Position numbers and translations under genes: made by a program
DNA from: Dongiaceae bacterium
GTDB taxonomy: Bacteria > Verrucomicrobiota > Verrucomicrobiia > Limisphaerales > JAFMIX01
Direction: 5' to 3'
Length of the DNA: 60,091 bases
NCBI GenBank assembly: GCA_035492855.1
Contig: DATJIU010000015.1
Coordinates: 1 to 60,091 of the forward strand
Shown: positions 1 to 10,264 of the stretch, in pieces
Numbering within the stretch: the stretch's first letter is position 1
Layout: every line of letters starts with the position of its first letter
Notes under the pieces: model-generated
Told to the model about the DNA's origin: nothing
The model's input: only the letters and a program-made list of their open reading frames with translations
Databases searched by the model: none

Positions 1-551
1 GTGGCGGAAAGCACCAGCCCCCGTTTGGCCAGGGCGGTCCGCAGTTTTTCCAACGCCCGGCTGACGCGCATTTTGGCGCCCGCTTCCGTGATGCCGAGGG
101 TGGCGCCAATGTCTTTGAAAGTACGATCTTCAAAAAAACGCAGCACCAGGGCGTTGTGATCGCCGGTGCCGAGCTGGCCCATGGCGGTTTCCAGCAGCGG
201 CGCGATTTCTTTCCAGCAATCCGCCTCGGGTTCCTTCTGTTGTGATTGCATATAGGCTTCCTGTTCCCGGTGTTGGCGCCGCCGTTGCATGGTCAGGGCG
301 TTGGCGGCGGCAAAACGGGCGGTGCGGTAAAGCCAGCCGGACACCACGGTCTTGGGCCCCAGCGCACCCGCCTTGCGCGCCAGGATGATGAAAACCGTTT
401 GCGTGACCTCTTCCGCGAGATGGGGATCGCCGACCTGGCGCAGCGCGGTGGAATAGACCAGATTGACATGCCGGGACACGAGCGTGGCAAATGCCGGCTC
501 GGACTGGCATTGCGCATACTGCCGCACTAGCTCCAGGTCATCGTTATTCAT
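1..551 (-). CDS. ECF-type RNA polymerase sigma-70 family factor (3' end truncated by the window edge)
   Basis: Not in the ORF track because it runs off the window. Reverse translation from ATG (complement of 549-551) gives MNNDDLELVRQYAQCQSEPAFATLVSRHVNLVYSTALRQVGDPHLAEEVTQTVFIILARK... (region 2) and ...FEDRTFKDIGATLGITEAGAKMRVSRALEKLR (region 4 HTH). Confidence 0.85.
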   Translation of the reverse strand, partial: MNNDDLELVRQYAQCQSEPAFATLVSRHVNLVYSTALRQVGDPHLAEEVTQTVFIILARKAGALGPKTVVSGWLYRTARFAAANALTMQRRRQHREQEAYMQSQQKEPEADCWKEIAPLLETAMGQLGTGDHNALVLRFFEDRTFKDIGATLGITEAGAKMRVSRALEKLRTALAKRGLVLSA

Positions 552-634
552 TCCATCTATAAATCTACGCCCACGCGGAAAAGTAACATGATTATTTTCT
601 TTGCGGGAAGACCGGTTTCCGGAAAATTCTCCGC

Positions 635-1456
635 GTGCAAAGGCTGGGCAAAAATCACGGCGGTTATTTCGGCGAAATCATCGACATCCGGGCGGTGCTG
701 GAAGACATCCGGCAGGCCGCCGAGCCGCACGGTTGGAAGTCCGAGATGTTTCACGTGGCTGGTGGCGTGGCCATGCCCGCGTGGCGCCGGGCGGCGACTG
801 AGGTTCGCCCTCCCAACCAGAACCCGCTTCGTATTTACCTCAGCTCTGGCATCCACGGGGACGAGCCGGCGGGACCGCTGGCCGCGTTGCAACTGTTGCG
901 CGACAATCGTTGGCCAGCCGCGGCGGATCTGTGGCTGGTGCCATGCCTCAACCCCACCGGCTTCATCCTGAATACGCGGGAAAACGAAGGCCGCAAGGAT
1001 CTGAACCGCGATTACCGGCATTTGGATACCGAAGAAATCGCTGCGCACGTGCGCTGGCTGGAAAAACAGCCGGAGTTCGACGTGGGCCTGTGTTTGCACG
1101 AGGACTGGGAATCGCACGGGTTTTATGTGTACGAGTTAAATCCCGATCAGCGCCCGGCCCTGGCGCCCGGCATGGTGAAGGCGGTGGCGCCGGTGTGTCC
1201 GATTGATTTGTCACCAGAGATTGAAGGCCGCGAAGCCAAAGGTGGCATCATCACCCCCAGCATGAATCCGGCGGACCGCCCGCTATGGCCGGAGGCGTTC
1301 TGGCTGTTGCAACACAAAACGCGGCACACCTGCACGCTGGAAGCACCCTCAGATTTCCCGTTGCCCACCCGGGTCAATGCCCTGGTGGCGGCGGTGAATT
1401 CAGCGTTGGAGACAATGGCGGTGGGCCAAATTCAAGCCCAACAAAAATCAGGGTGA
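635..1456 (+). CDS. M14-family zinc carboxypeptidase / murein-peptide amidase-like protein
   Basis: 273-aa ORF with the SSGIHGDEPAG zinc-ligand motif (HxxE), NPTGF and DLNRDY, typical of the M14/succinylglutamate-desuccinylase-like fold. The start is GTG at 635, so start choice is uncertain. Divergent from the sigma factor. Confidence 0.8.
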   Translation: MQRLGKNHGGYFGEIIDIRAVLEDIRQAAEPHGWKSEMFHVAGGVAMPAWRRAATEVRPPNQNPLRIYLSSGIHGDEPAGPLAALQLLRDNRWPAAADLWLVPCLNPTGFILNTRENEGRKDLNRDYRHLDTEEIAAHVRWLEKQPEFDVGLCLHEDWESHGFYVYELNPDQRPALAPGMVKAVAPVCPIDLSPEIEGREAKGGIITPSMNPADRPLWPEAFWLLQHKTRHTCTLEAPSDFPLPTRVNALVAAVNSALETMAVGQIQAQQKSG

Positions 1457-1476
1457 CTTTTCGACCCGTTGGAATA

Positions 1477-2025
1477 ATGTCATATCTCATGAACCTGCGA
1501 TTCTCCGCATTGATGGCTGGTGTCATGTTGTTCGCATCCGCAGCCTGCGGCGCAGATAGTCCCAAGTTCACTGCCAACTCGACGGAGCTGGCGGCATCCG
1601 ATCTAGCATCAGCGTTGGGCGTTCAATGGTGGAGTTATAAGCTCAAATTTGACCGGCCAGTCTCCAACGTAACCGTTTATTTATCTGAATTGCGGCGCCA
1701 AGCAGATGGAAGCTGGGAGCACTCCCGATTGACCACTGTTTTCGGCGTTATGCATGCGGCTGCGGATATTCGGGAGATTCCGGTTGCAGTATTCATTACC
1801 GATCGGATTGCGGATTGGGATGTTTCGTACCAAGTTGAGGGTAATGTTAGTCGCGTGAAGTGGCTCAGGAAGCCAGATTTTTCCAAAACATACTTTCAGC
1901 CAACCGTGGGGCGGGTCGTTGACGGTTGTTTGGCTTTTGCCATTGAGGAGAAGAAGCCATTAGTTGTCACCGATAAAGAAGACAACTATGTGCGAATTAT
2001 TGGGCTGACGATAGAAACAGAATGA
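1477..2025 (+). CDS. hypothetical secreted protein
   Basis: In-frame ATG at 1477 gives MSYLMNLRFSALMAGVMLFASAACGADS, which is signal-peptide-like. I recognise no family. The gene is visibly more AT-rich than its neighbours. Confidence 0.55.
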   Translation: MSYLMNLRFSALMAGVMLFASAACGADSPKFTANSTELAASDLASALGVQWWSYKLKFDRPVSNVTVYLSELRRQADGSWEHSRLTTVFGVMHAAADIREIPVAVFITDRIADWDVSYQVEGNVSRVKWLRKPDFSKTYFQPTVGRVVDGCLAFAIEEKKPLVVTDKEDNYVRIIGLTIETE

Positions 2026-2124
2026 TTTGCTCAAACGGGTCTCTCTCAGAACGCAGGCTTTCGCCAGATGATCCGATGGTGTTTAAATCCGCTATTCCTC
2101 AGTTGGGCGGATTTGAGAGCAGTT

Positions 2125-2565
2125 TCACCGCGCGGCCTCGCGGCGTTGCATCCATTCATCACCCAGTTGGAGCAGGGTTTTGGTTTTCAGCACCCGCTCG
2201 GCCATGGGGAAGACAATGCGCTCCTCTTTGTCGAAATGCCGGCGGGAGGCGGCGATGGTTGCCAGTAGAAGTTTCCGGGCCTCTTTGACCGTCCGGGTCT
2301 TTTGCACTTTGGCCAGGGCGGCGTCTATTTCCTCGTGTTCGTCGTGAAAAGTTTCGTTCTGGCCGATTTGTTCGAAGCAATGTGCCAGCGGTTCGATGAA
2401 CAGGTCGTCCTCGGTTTTGGAATGGGGGGCCATGACCTTTTCCACCAGCGCCGCGAGCAAGGCCACTTCGGCCAGGGTTTTGGCATGAGGAACGGTGGCT
2501 TCGATGTGGTCGAACAAATTGTGGAACACCGCATGTTCCGCCATCAAGATTTCAGTAATTTTCAT
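2125..2565 (-). CDS. hemerythrin domain-containing protein
   Basis: Internal ATG at 2565 gives MKITEILMAEHAVFHNLFDH...HDEHEEID...HFDKEERIVFP, a His/Glu pattern typical of hemerythrin-like cation-binding domains. The upstream part of the 198-aa ORF is Arg-rich junk. Confidence 0.8.
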   Translation of the reverse strand: MKITEILMAEHAVFHNLFDHIEATVPHAKTLAEVALLAALVEKVMAPHSKTEDDLFIEPLAHCFEQIGQNETFHDEHEEIDAALAKVQKTRTVKEARKLLLATIAASRRHFDKEERIVFPMAERVLKTKTLLQLGDEWMQRREAAR

Positions 2566-2642
2566 GGTGCAGACTCTGCCTAGCAAATAACGCTTTGAGC
2601 CCCGTAGCGCCAGCACATTTGTGTGGCGGCGAGGAAAATCTC

Positions 2643-3314
2643 CTACCTGCCGGCGTCCGGCGGAAATAACTCGGGTTCTTTTTGTTTCAGCGGGGCAAAA
2701 CTCTTCCGGTGAATCGGGCATGCCCCGTGGCTGGCAATGGCCGCCAGGTGCGCCGGCGTGCCGTAGCCTTTGTGCTCGGCAAAACCATACGCGGGAAATT
2801 GTGCCGCATATTCCAGCATCAGCCGGTCGCGGGTGACCTTGGCCAGCACGCTGGCGGCGGCGATGGAATAACTGCGGGCGTCCCCCTTGACCAGCGCGGT
2901 TTGCGGCCAGCGTAGTGATTTGACGTGCAAGCCGTCCACCAACGCGTGTTGCGGGGCGGTGGCCAGACCTGCCAAAGCCTCGTTCATGGCGCGATGGGTG
3001 GCCTGCAAAATATTGATGCGGTCAATGGTTTCCGCTTCCACCCGGGCAATGGCCCAGCCGATGTGCGGATGGGTGGTGATGCGGGCGAAAAAGTCCTCCC
3101 GTTGCCGTTCGGTGAGCTGCTTGGAATCATTCAGATCTGCCAGGGCAGGGTCGCAGCCCGCTTCCAGCCAGTTCCGGGGCAGGATAACGGCGGCCGCCAC
3201 CACTGGCCCGGCGAGCGGACCGCGTCCGGCTTCATCCACGCCGGCAATGTGTTGCAAGCCCTGTTTCCAGAGTTCGCGCTCAAATTGCAGCCGGTTGGGA
3301 AGGCGGGCGGGCAT
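2643..3314 (-). CDS. rnhB: ribonuclease HII
   Basis: GVDEAGRGPLAGPVVAAAV and DSKQL motifs, AASVLAKVTRD, and a length of about 223 aa from the MPARLPN start. Confidence 0.9.
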   Translation of the reverse strand: MPARLPNRLQFERELWKQGLQHIAGVDEAGRGPLAGPVVAAAVILPRNWLEAGCDPALADLNDSKQLTERQREDFFARITTHPHIGWAIARVEAETIDRINILQATHRAMNEALAGLATAPQHALVDGLHVKSLRWPQTALVKGDARSYSIAAASVLAKVTRDRLMLEYAAQFPAYGFAEHKGYGTPAHLAAIASHGACPIHRKSFAPLKQKEPELFPPDAGR

Positions 3315-3318
3315 GGCG

Positions 3319-3768
3319 TCAGGGGGTGGCGGGCAGGGAAAGGGTCTGGCCGGACTGCCAGGGATGCTCCACCCGGTCAATGGTCAGCACCCGGGGCATC
3401 AGTTGGATTTCATGGCCAAACATCTGGAAGGTCACCGTGCCCGGCAGGGAGATGGTATCCAGAAAGATGCACCGGCCAAACGGCACGTCAAACGGCACGG
3501 GCTGGGCCAAATCGAATTTCAAATTTTGCGGGGGCAGGGCGGGTGCGTTGGTGGTGGTGAAAATGATTTTGACGCCTTGAACCTTCAGTTTGGGCTGGGT
3601 GACGGTGAGCGTGGGTTGGCTGTTTTCGGTGGCAAAGGTCACCTGCCAGGGGCCGTCCTTGCCGCGGACATACTGGATGCAAGCAAAGCCCACCACGTAC
3701 AAAATCACCGCCGCAATGAGGGCGATGACGAACGGACGGGCCTGGCTGTTGGCATTCACGCGCAACAC
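3319..3768 (-). CDS. hypothetical single-pass membrane protein
   Basis: One TM segment (RPFVIALIAAVILYVVGFACIQYV). The stop lies 4 nt upstream of the rnhB start. The N-terminal 56 codons of the 205-aa ORF overlap the tRNA, so I use the GTG at 3768; the start is uncertain. Confidence 0.45.
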   Translation of the reverse strand: MLRVNANSQARPFVIALIAAVILYVVGFACIQYVRGKDGPWQVTFATENSQPTLTVTQPKLKVQGVKIIFTTTNAPALPPQNLKFDLAQPVPFDVPFGRCIFLDTISLPGTVTFQMFGHEIQLMPRVLTIDRVEHPWQSGQTLSLPATP

Positions 3769-3877
3769 TGTTGCGGGAGGCTTCGGGAAGTCAAGTGCAG
3801 TTCCCGGTTGAAAGTTATTGAATTCGTCCCCGCGCTTCTTAGTATGTACGGCATCTGACGCAAGTTGGACCCCGGTT

Positions 3878-3954
<77 letters not shown>

Positions 3955-4080
3955 TTTTACCCGGTATTATCGCGGTGCGGAACGGTTTGCCCGTTTTCCT
4001 CCCTGGCCGGGGCTGACCGGGCTTCCCGTTGATCTTTTCGGTGCTGGAGCGGCGCTCCGGCAGTTCCGGTTTCCTGTGGC

Positions 4081-6579
4081 ATGGTTATGACTGAAGTCAG
4101 AACCAAATCCGATGCGGCAACGGTCGCTGAGGCACATCTCAAGGTGTTGCTCGTGGATGACCAGGCACTGGTGTGCGAAGCCGTGCGGCGGGCCTTGGGC
4201 CACGCCCCGGATATTGAATTTTTCTACTGTTCCAAAGCCGTTGCGGCCCTGCGCACGGCTGAGGATTTCCGGCCCACAGTCATTTTACAGGACTTGGAAA
4301 TGCCCGATTTGGACGGCCTGGCCCTGATCGGCCAATACCGCGCCAATCCCCTGACCCGGTCCATCCCCATCATCGCCCTGACTGCGGGCGAAAATACGCA
4401 GGTCAAAAACCAGGTGTTTGCGCTGGGCGCGTGCGATTACATCGTGAAATTGCCGGACCGGGTGGAGCTGCTGGCCCGCATCCGGCAGCATTCCCGGGCC
4501 TATCTGGACCACCTGGCGCTGGCCGCCGCCCGCCGCAAACAGCAGACGACGGATCACGATCTGGCCGCTGCGGAGGCCCGCATCCGCGCGCTGAACCTGA
4601 AATTGAAGGAGGCCACGCTGATCAAATCGGAATTTCTGGCCAGCATGACCCATGAAATCCGCACCCCCATCAACGGCATTATCGGGATGACGGCGATGTT
4701 GCTGGACACCAATCTGTCCCCCGAGCAGCGTGATTACGTTGCCGCCGTGGCGGGCAGCGCCGAAAGCTTGCTGGCCATCATCAACGACATCATGGATTTC
4801 TCCAAGATTGAGTCCGGCCGGCTGGAATTGGAGAGTCATCCGTTTGAGTTGTGCGCCTGCATTGAGGATGCGTTGGAATTGCTGGCCCCAAAAGCGGAGG
4901 AAAAGAAACTGGACCTCGCGTATTTTCTGGACGAACAAACCCCGCGCGTGCTCATCAGCGACGTGGTGCGGTTGCGCCAAATCCTCATCAATCTCGTCAG
5001 CAACGCGGTTAAGTTCACCGCCGCCGGGGAAGTGGTGGTGGAAGTCCGGCCGGCGGCGCCGGTAATGCAAACTCCGGAACTGGAATTGTGGCAGGAACTG
5101 CCGCCACCCCCCGGACAGCTTGCCTTGCAATTTTCCGTGCGCGACACCGGCATCGGCATTGCGCCGGACAAACAGGAGCGCCTGTTCAAATCATTTCAGC
5201 AGGCCGATGCTTCCACTACGCGCCAATATGGCGGCACGGGATTGGGCTTGGCCATCTGCCGGAGGCTCACGGATTTGTTTGGCGGAAAAATCTGGGTGGA
5301 AAGCGAGGAAGGCCGGGGCGCCACATTCCATTTTACAGTTCAAGTTCTGGTGCCGGCGGAAACCCCGGCTGCCATTTGGGCGCGGTCCCAGCCCGAATTG
5401 CTGGACCGCCGGATGCTGGTTATCGAGGACAACTCCACCAATCGCCGGGTCATCATGCGCTGGGCCGGGCGGTGGGGCATGAGTGTGACCGCCGTGAGCA
5501 CTTCCGCGGAAGGCTTCCACCGGCTCAAAACCGACGGCCATTATGACGTGGTGGTGGTGGATGCCGAGCTGCCGGAAATTGACGGGCTGGAACTGGCGGG
5601 GCAAATCCGGCATTTTACCGCGGACCGGCCGCCTGCCATTTTGTTGCTTTCCGCCCGGCGGTGGCATCGGGACGGGGCGAGTTTGAAATCGGCGGGGTTG
5701 ACCGGCGCGGTGGACAAACCCATCCGCCCGGGGCAGTTGCTGGATGCGGTCTGCCGCGCCTTGAAAGTGGAACCCACCGGACCACTGCAACCGCCACATC
5801 CGTTGCTGGATACCAATCTGGCGCAGCGCCTGCCCTTGCGCCTGTTGGTAGCCGATGACAACCCCATCAACCAGAAGGTCGTCTTCAGCTTGCTCAAGAA
5901 ACTTGGCTACTCCACCGATCTGGTGGCCAATGGCGTTGAGGCCCTGGCGGCCTTGGAACTGAAAACGTATGATCTCGTGTTCCTGGACGTGCAAATGCCG
6001 GAAATGGATGGTTTGGAGACGGCCCGCCGCATCAATCTGCGGTGGCCGGGCGGCGCCGGGCCGCGTTTGGTGGCCATGACCGGAAATGTTCTGGCGGGGG
6101 ATCGCGAGCAATGCCTGGCGGCGGGCATGGATGATTACATCACCAAGCCCTTGCGGATTGCCGAACTCCAGGCCGCATTGAAGAAATGGGGCGGCATGCA
6201 AACCGGCCGGATCGAGCCGCCATCCGGCGGACCGGCCGACCATCTCCTGGATCATGCGGTCATTGGGGAGTTGCGCGAATTGCCGCCGGAGCAGGGCACG
6301 CCGGTGCTGCAAGAATTGATTGACCTGTTTTTGGAGAATGCCCCGCGCAGCATTGCCCGCATCCGGGAGGAAATGAGCGACCCGGCCAAGCTGGTGTTCC
6401 ACGCCCGCACGGTCCAGAGCATGAGTCTGAATCTGGGGGCCAAACGTCTGGTCACCCTGGCCCAACAGTTGGAAGAAATGGGCCAGGCCGGCCGAACCGA
6501 GGCCGCCGCCGAAGTGCTGGACGAACTGCAAAAGACCTTCCGGCAGACCCGGGCGGAACTCATGCTGCTGCGCAATTAG
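4081..6579 (+). CDS. hybrid sensor histidine kinase, REC-HisKA-HATPase-REC-REC-HPt
   Basis: N-terminal receiver (LLVDDQ...[12 protein letters not shown]), H-box [15 protein letters not shown] boxes ([25 protein letters not shown]), two further receivers ([24 protein letters not shown]) and a C-terminal HPt-like helix bundle. No TM or PAS segment seen. Confidence 0.9.
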   Translation: MVMTEVRTKSDAATVAEAHLKVLLVDDQALVCEAVRRALGHAPDIEFFYCSKAVAALRTAEDFRPTVILQDLEMPDLDGLALIGQYRANPLTRSIPIIALTAGENTQVKNQVFALGACDYIVKLPDRVELLARIRQHSRAYLDHLALAAARRKQQTTDHDLAAAEARIRALNLKLKEATLIKSEFLASMTHEIRTPINGIIGMTAMLLDTNLSPEQRDYVAAVAGSAESLLAIINDIMDFSKIESGRLELESHPFELCACIEDALELLAPKAEEKKLDLAYFLDEQTPRVLISDVVRLRQILINLVSNAVKFTAAGEVVVEVRPAAPVMQTPELELWQELPPPPGQLALQFSVRDTGIGIAPDKQERLFKSFQQADASTTRQYGGTGLGLAICRRLTDLFGGKIWVESEEGRGATFHFTVQVLVPAETPAAIWARSQPELLDRRMLVIEDNSTNRRVIMRWAGRWGMSVTAVSTSAEGFHRLKTDGHYDVVVVDAELPEIDGLELAGQIRHFTADRPPAILLLSARRWHRDGASLKSAGLTGAVDKPIRPGQLLDAVCRALKVEPTGPLQPPHPLLDTNLAQRLPLRLLVADDNPINQKVVFSLLKKLGYSTDLVANGVEALAALELKTYDLVFLDVQMPEMDGLETARRINLRWPGGAGPRLVAMTGNVLAGDREQCLAAGMDDYITKPLRIAELQAALKKWGGMQTGRIEPPSGGPADHLLDHAVIGELRELPPEQGTPVLQELIDLFLENAPRSIARIREEMSDPAKLVFHARTVQSMSLNLGAKRLVTLAQQLEEMGQAGRTEAAAEVLDELQKTFRQTRAELMLLRN

Positions 6580-6628
6580 AATCCGCTGTCGCCGGGCGCC
6601 GGGCTTTATTATCTTTGGGGCCGACATC

Positions 6629-7582
6629 ATGCCTGTCATTCCGCAACACCTCAGTCCCGGCGATACCGTCGCCATCGTTTCGCCCGCCAGTCCGCCGCCC
6701 GATGCCGCGAGTATTGACCGGGGGGTTGCGGCGGTGGCGGCACTCGGCTTCAAGGTCAAGCTCGCGTCGCACGCCCGTTCGCGCCACGGTTTTCTGGCGG
6801 GCAGCGACCGCGACCGGGCCGCCGACCTCATGCGGATGTTCACGGACCAAAAAGTGCGGGCCATTCTGGCGTTCCGTGGCGGCCATGGCGTCACCCGGCT
6901 CTTGTCCCGGCTGGATTTCACCGTCATCCGGGCGAATCCCAAGATTTTCATCGGCTACAGCGATGTCACCGCGTTGCTCAACGCCCTGCGCGCCCGGGCC
7001 AATCTGGTTTGTTTTCACGGCCCCATGGTCAACGCTGATTTTGTGACCCATCAGTTGCCCGCATTCGTGCGGGAAGGTTTTCTGCGGACCCTGACCCGCG
7101 CGGCAGCCCCGGGAGGGATTTGCCAGGGTTACACCGGCAAAACGGTTTCCATTTTGCGCCGCGGCGTGGCGCACGGGGAACTGATGGGCGGCAACCTGAC
7201 GATGCTTTGCGCCACGCTGGGCACGCCCTGGCAGCCCGCGTTCCGGGGTAAGATTGTGTTCTTCGAGGACGTCAACGAAGCACCGTTCCGCTATGACCGC
7301 ATGCTGACACAGTTGCTCAACGCCGGACTCTTGCAACAGGCGGCGGGGGTGGCGGTGGGCCTCAACCACAACTGTGGGGACCGTACCGCGGTCGAAGGCG
7401 GGGAGTACCGGCAGACCCTGGAGGATGTGTTGCGGGAACGGCTGCTGCCGTTGCGCGTGCCGGTGGTCATCGGGCTGCCGTTCGGGCATGGACCGGATAA
7501 TGCCACGCTGCCGGTGGGGCTGCGGGCCACTTTGGACGGGCGCAAAGGCGACTTGATTTTTGCCACCCGGGCGGTCCGGTAA
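6629..7582 (+). CDS. LD-carboxypeptidase (peptidase S66 family)
   Basis: GDTVAIVSPAS near the N-terminus, GFLAGSDRDRAADL, IGYSDVTALL (Ser nucleophile context), and a GLPFGHG C-terminal motif. Confidence 0.85.
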   Translation: MPVIPQHLSPGDTVAIVSPASPPPDAASIDRGVAAVAALGFKVKLASHARSRHGFLAGSDRDRAADLMRMFTDQKVRAILAFRGGHGVTRLLSRLDFTVIRANPKIFIGYSDVTALLNALRARANLVCFHGPMVNADFVTHQLPAFVREGFLRTLTRAAAPGGICQGYTGKTVSILRRGVAHGELMGGNLTMLCATLGTPWQPAFRGKIVFFEDVNEAPFRYDRMLTQLLNAGLLQQAAGVAVGLNHNCGDRTAVEGGEYRQTLEDVLRERLLPLRVPVVIGLPFGHGPDNATLPVGLRATLDGRKGDLIFATRAVR

Positions 7583-7639
7583 TTTTCTGGCAAAACCCCG
7601 GAATTTCGCTAGGCTCCGGCGCCTAAGGATATTTTTACC

Positions 7640-9112
7640 ATGGAAGCCAAAGCTGATATCGCCTTGATTGGTCTGGCCGTGATGGGCCAGAACCTCATTA
7701 TGAACATGAACGACCACGGCTTCACCGTCGTGGCCTACAACCGCACCACCGAGAAGGTGGATCATTTTCTCGCCAACGAAGCCAAGGGCTCGAAAGTGCT
7801 GGGCGCGCATTCCATTCCCGAGATGGTGGCGCAGCTCAAGCGACCGCGCCGGGTGATGATGCTCGTCAAAGCCGGCAAAGCGGTGGATGAACTGATTGAC
7901 CAGTTGCTCCCGAACCTCGAAGCGGGCGACATCATCATTGACGGCGGCAATTCACTCTTTGAAGACACCAACCGCCGTCAAAAATATGTGGAGAGCAAGG
8001 GGCTGCTGTACATTGGCACCGGCGTAAGCGGTGGCGAAGAAGGGGCGCGGCGGGGGCCGAGCATTATGCCGGGCGGTTCCCCGGCGGCCTGGCCGCACGT
8101 GAAGGAAATTTTCCAGGCCGTGTCCGCCAAGGTGGAGGGCAATGTGCCGTGCTGCGACTGGGTGGGCGAAGCCGGTGCCGGCCATTACGTCAAGATGGTG
8201 CACAACGGCATCGAGTACGGCGACATGCAGTTGATCTGCGAGGCGTACAACATCCTGAAGCATGGCCTGGGCCTGACGGCCGATGAAATGCACCAGGTGT
8301 TTGCGGAGTGGAACCAAGGCGAACTCGACAGCTATCTCATCGAGATTACCCGCGACATCCTGGCGTTCAAGGATACCGACGGCACCCCCATGGTGGACAA
8401 AATCCTCGACACCGCCGGCCAGAAGGGCACCGGCAAGTGGACGGTCATTAATTCGCAGCAACTCGGCATTCCCATCACGCTTATGGCGGAGGCGGTTTAT
8501 GCCCGCTGCGTTTCGGCGCTCAAGGACGACCGAGTTAAAGCGGCGCGCAAGCTGAAGGGGCCGCGTCCGGCACTGAGCAGCATCGCCGCCAATCCGGAAA
8601 AGAAAAAGGCGTTTATCGCGGACATCATGAGCGCGTTGTATGCCTCCAAGATCGTGAGCTACGCGCAAGGTTACATGCTCATGCGCGCGGCAGCGGCGGA
8701 ATACGGCTGGCATCTCAACTATGGCGGCATCGCGTTGATGTGGCGCGGCGGTTGCATCATCCGCTCGCGTTTCCTCGGCAAGATCAAGGAGGCGTATGAC
8801 AAGCATCCCAAGCTTTCCAATCTGATGCTGGATGATTATTTCCGGGGCGAAATCAAGAAGTCCCAGAAGGGCTGGCGCAACGTGGTGGCCACGGCGGCCA
8901 AGAAGGGCATTCCCGTGCCCGCTTTCAGCACGGCGCTGGCGTTTTACGACAGCTATCGCTCGGCGGTATTGCCGGCCAATCTGTTGCAGGCACAGCGCGA
9001 TTATTTCGGCGCGCACACCTATGAACGGGTGGACAAGCCCCGCGGCGAGTTTTTCCACACGAACTGGACGGGCCATGGCGGCACTACGGCGTCGTCCACT
9101 TACAACGCCTGA
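7640..9112 (+). CDS. gnd: 6-phosphogluconate dehydrogenase (decarboxylating)
   Basis: IGLAVMGQNL Rossmann motif, GTGVSGGEEGAR, HYVKMVHNGIEYGDMQLI, QRDYFGAHTYER; 490 aa full length. Confidence 0.95.
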   Translation: MEAKADIALIGLAVMGQNLIMNMNDHGFTVVAYNRTTEKVDHFLANEAKGSKVLGAHSIPEMVAQLKRPRRVMMLVKAGKAVDELIDQLLPNLEAGDIIIDGGNSLFEDTNRRQKYVESKGLLYIGTGVSGGEEGARRGPSIMPGGSPAAWPHVKEIFQAVSAKVEGNVPCCDWVGEAGAGHYVKMVHNGIEYGDMQLICEAYNILKHGLGLTADEMHQVFAEWNQGELDSYLIEITRDILAFKDTDGTPMVDKILDTAGQKGTGKWTVINSQQLGIPITLMAEAVYARCVSALKDDRVKAARKLKGPRPALSSIAANPEKKKAFIADIMSALYASKIVSYAQGYMLMRAAAAEYGWHLNYGGIALMWRGGCIIRSRFLGKIKEAYDKHPKLSNLMLDDYFRGEIKKSQKGWRNVVATAAKKGIPVPAFSTALAFYDSYRSAVLPANLLQAQRDYFGAHTYERVDKPRGEFFHTNWTGHGGTTASSTYNA

Positions 9113-9131
9113 GCCGGACGCGTTTTTTGGC

Positions 9132-9164
9132 AACGGGCGGAACCGGGTTCCGCCCGTTTTTTGT
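9132..9164 (+). terminator. rho-independent terminator after gnd
   Basis: Perfect 12-bp stem AACGGGCGGAAC / GTTCCGCCCGTT (9132-9143 and 9147-9158) followed by a T-run. Confidence 0.7.
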
Positions 9165-9194
9165 TTGCAGCACGGCATTGCCGCTTCGGGCGGA

Positions 9195-10169
9195 ATGACA
9201 TATCGTTTTCCGGACATGGACGAGGACAAGCTGAACCAGCTTCATATTCCGCCGCAGGCCAAACAACGCCCGCGCGCCTCTTTCCGTATTATTCTGATCG
9301 TGGTGATTTTGGCCCTGGCCGCGGCGTTTTATTTTGCCTGGACGGGCAAAAGCGATCGGGTGGCGGCCAGTCTGGCCCCAACCAACGCCGCCGCCGCTGC
9401 AGTCACCAACGCCCCGGTGGTGGTGCCGCCGGGCGGCAGCGTGCTAACCGCCAGCGGATACATCGTCAATCGCGAACGCATCGAGATCAGCCCGCGGTTC
9501 ATGGATGTGGTCAAGTGGATTGGAGTTCGCAAAGGGGATGTCGTGACCAACGGCCAGGTGGTGGTGCTGCTGGATGACGCGGAATTTCAGGCCCAGCTGG
9601 TTCAGGCCGAGGGGCGGCTCGCGGATGCCCGGGCCAACGTCACCAAGGCGGAACTGGCCTTTCAGCGCATCACCAATTTGACGGCGCGTGCCATTGAAAC
9701 CCAGCAGGCCGCGGACGACGCGCGGCTGGACTTGGAATCGGCCCGCGCCCAGGAACGGATGGCGGAGGGGAATTATGCGCTGGCGAAAACTTATGTGGAC
9801 TGGACGGTCATCCGCTCGCCCATCAACGGCGTGGTGCTGGAAAAACTGGTGAGCGCCGATGAACTGGTGATGCCGCAAAGTTTCGGCGGCGCGCGGGGGC
9901 CGAGCACGGCGCTGCTGGCCGTGGCGGATTTGACTGATTTGCAGGTGGAGATTGATTTGAACGAGTCCGATTTGTCCAAGGTGACGTTGGGGCAGAAATG
10001 CCGCATCAGCCCCGAGGCCTATCCCGACAAAGTTTACGACGGTCAGGTGGCGGAAATCGCCCCCGAGGCCGACCGTCAGAAGGGCACGCTCCAAATCAAG
10101 GTGCAAATCCATGCCCCGGACCGGTTCCTCACTCCGGAACTCACGGCCAAGGTGGACTTTCTGAAATAA
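9195..10169 (+). CDS. HlyD/MacA-type periplasmic adaptor (membrane fusion) protein
   Basis: N-terminal TM anchor (IILIVVILALAAAFYFAW), a lipoyl-like hairpin, coiled-coil segments (AEFQAQLVQAEGRLADARANV...) and a beta-barrel region (IRSPINGVVLEKLV). An alternative start is at 9216. Confidence 0.75.
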   Translation: MTYRFPDMDEDKLNQLHIPPQAKQRPRASFRIILIVVILALAAAFYFAWTGKSDRVAASLAPTNAAAAAVTNAPVVVPPGGSVLTASGYIVNRERIEISPRFMDVVKWIGVRKGDVVTNGQVVVLLDDAEFQAQLVQAEGRLADARANVTKAELAFQRITNLTARAIETQQAADDARLDLESARAQERMAEGNYALAKTYVDWTVIRSPINGVVLEKLVSADELVMPQSFGGARGPSTALLAVADLTDLQVEIDLNESDLSKVTLGQKCRISPEAYPDKVYDGQVAEIAPEADRQKGTLQIKVQIHAPDRFLTPELTAKVDFLK

Positions 10170-10264
10170 ACTCGGATCTCAGCAACCTCGGGAAGTTTCC
10201 CGCATTGCCAGAAGAATGAATGCCAGTTAGGCTTAGTTGTCTGTTGTTCAGGCAACTTTTGTAC

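Noticed and set aside
5191-9229. A series of long minus-strand ORFs (5191-6951, 6560-7810, 7952-9229) lies opposite the kinase, LD-carboxypeptidase and gnd genes.
   Set aside because: The plus-strand genes carry unambiguous family motifs. The antisense translations are Arg/Pro/Gly-rich and motif-free.
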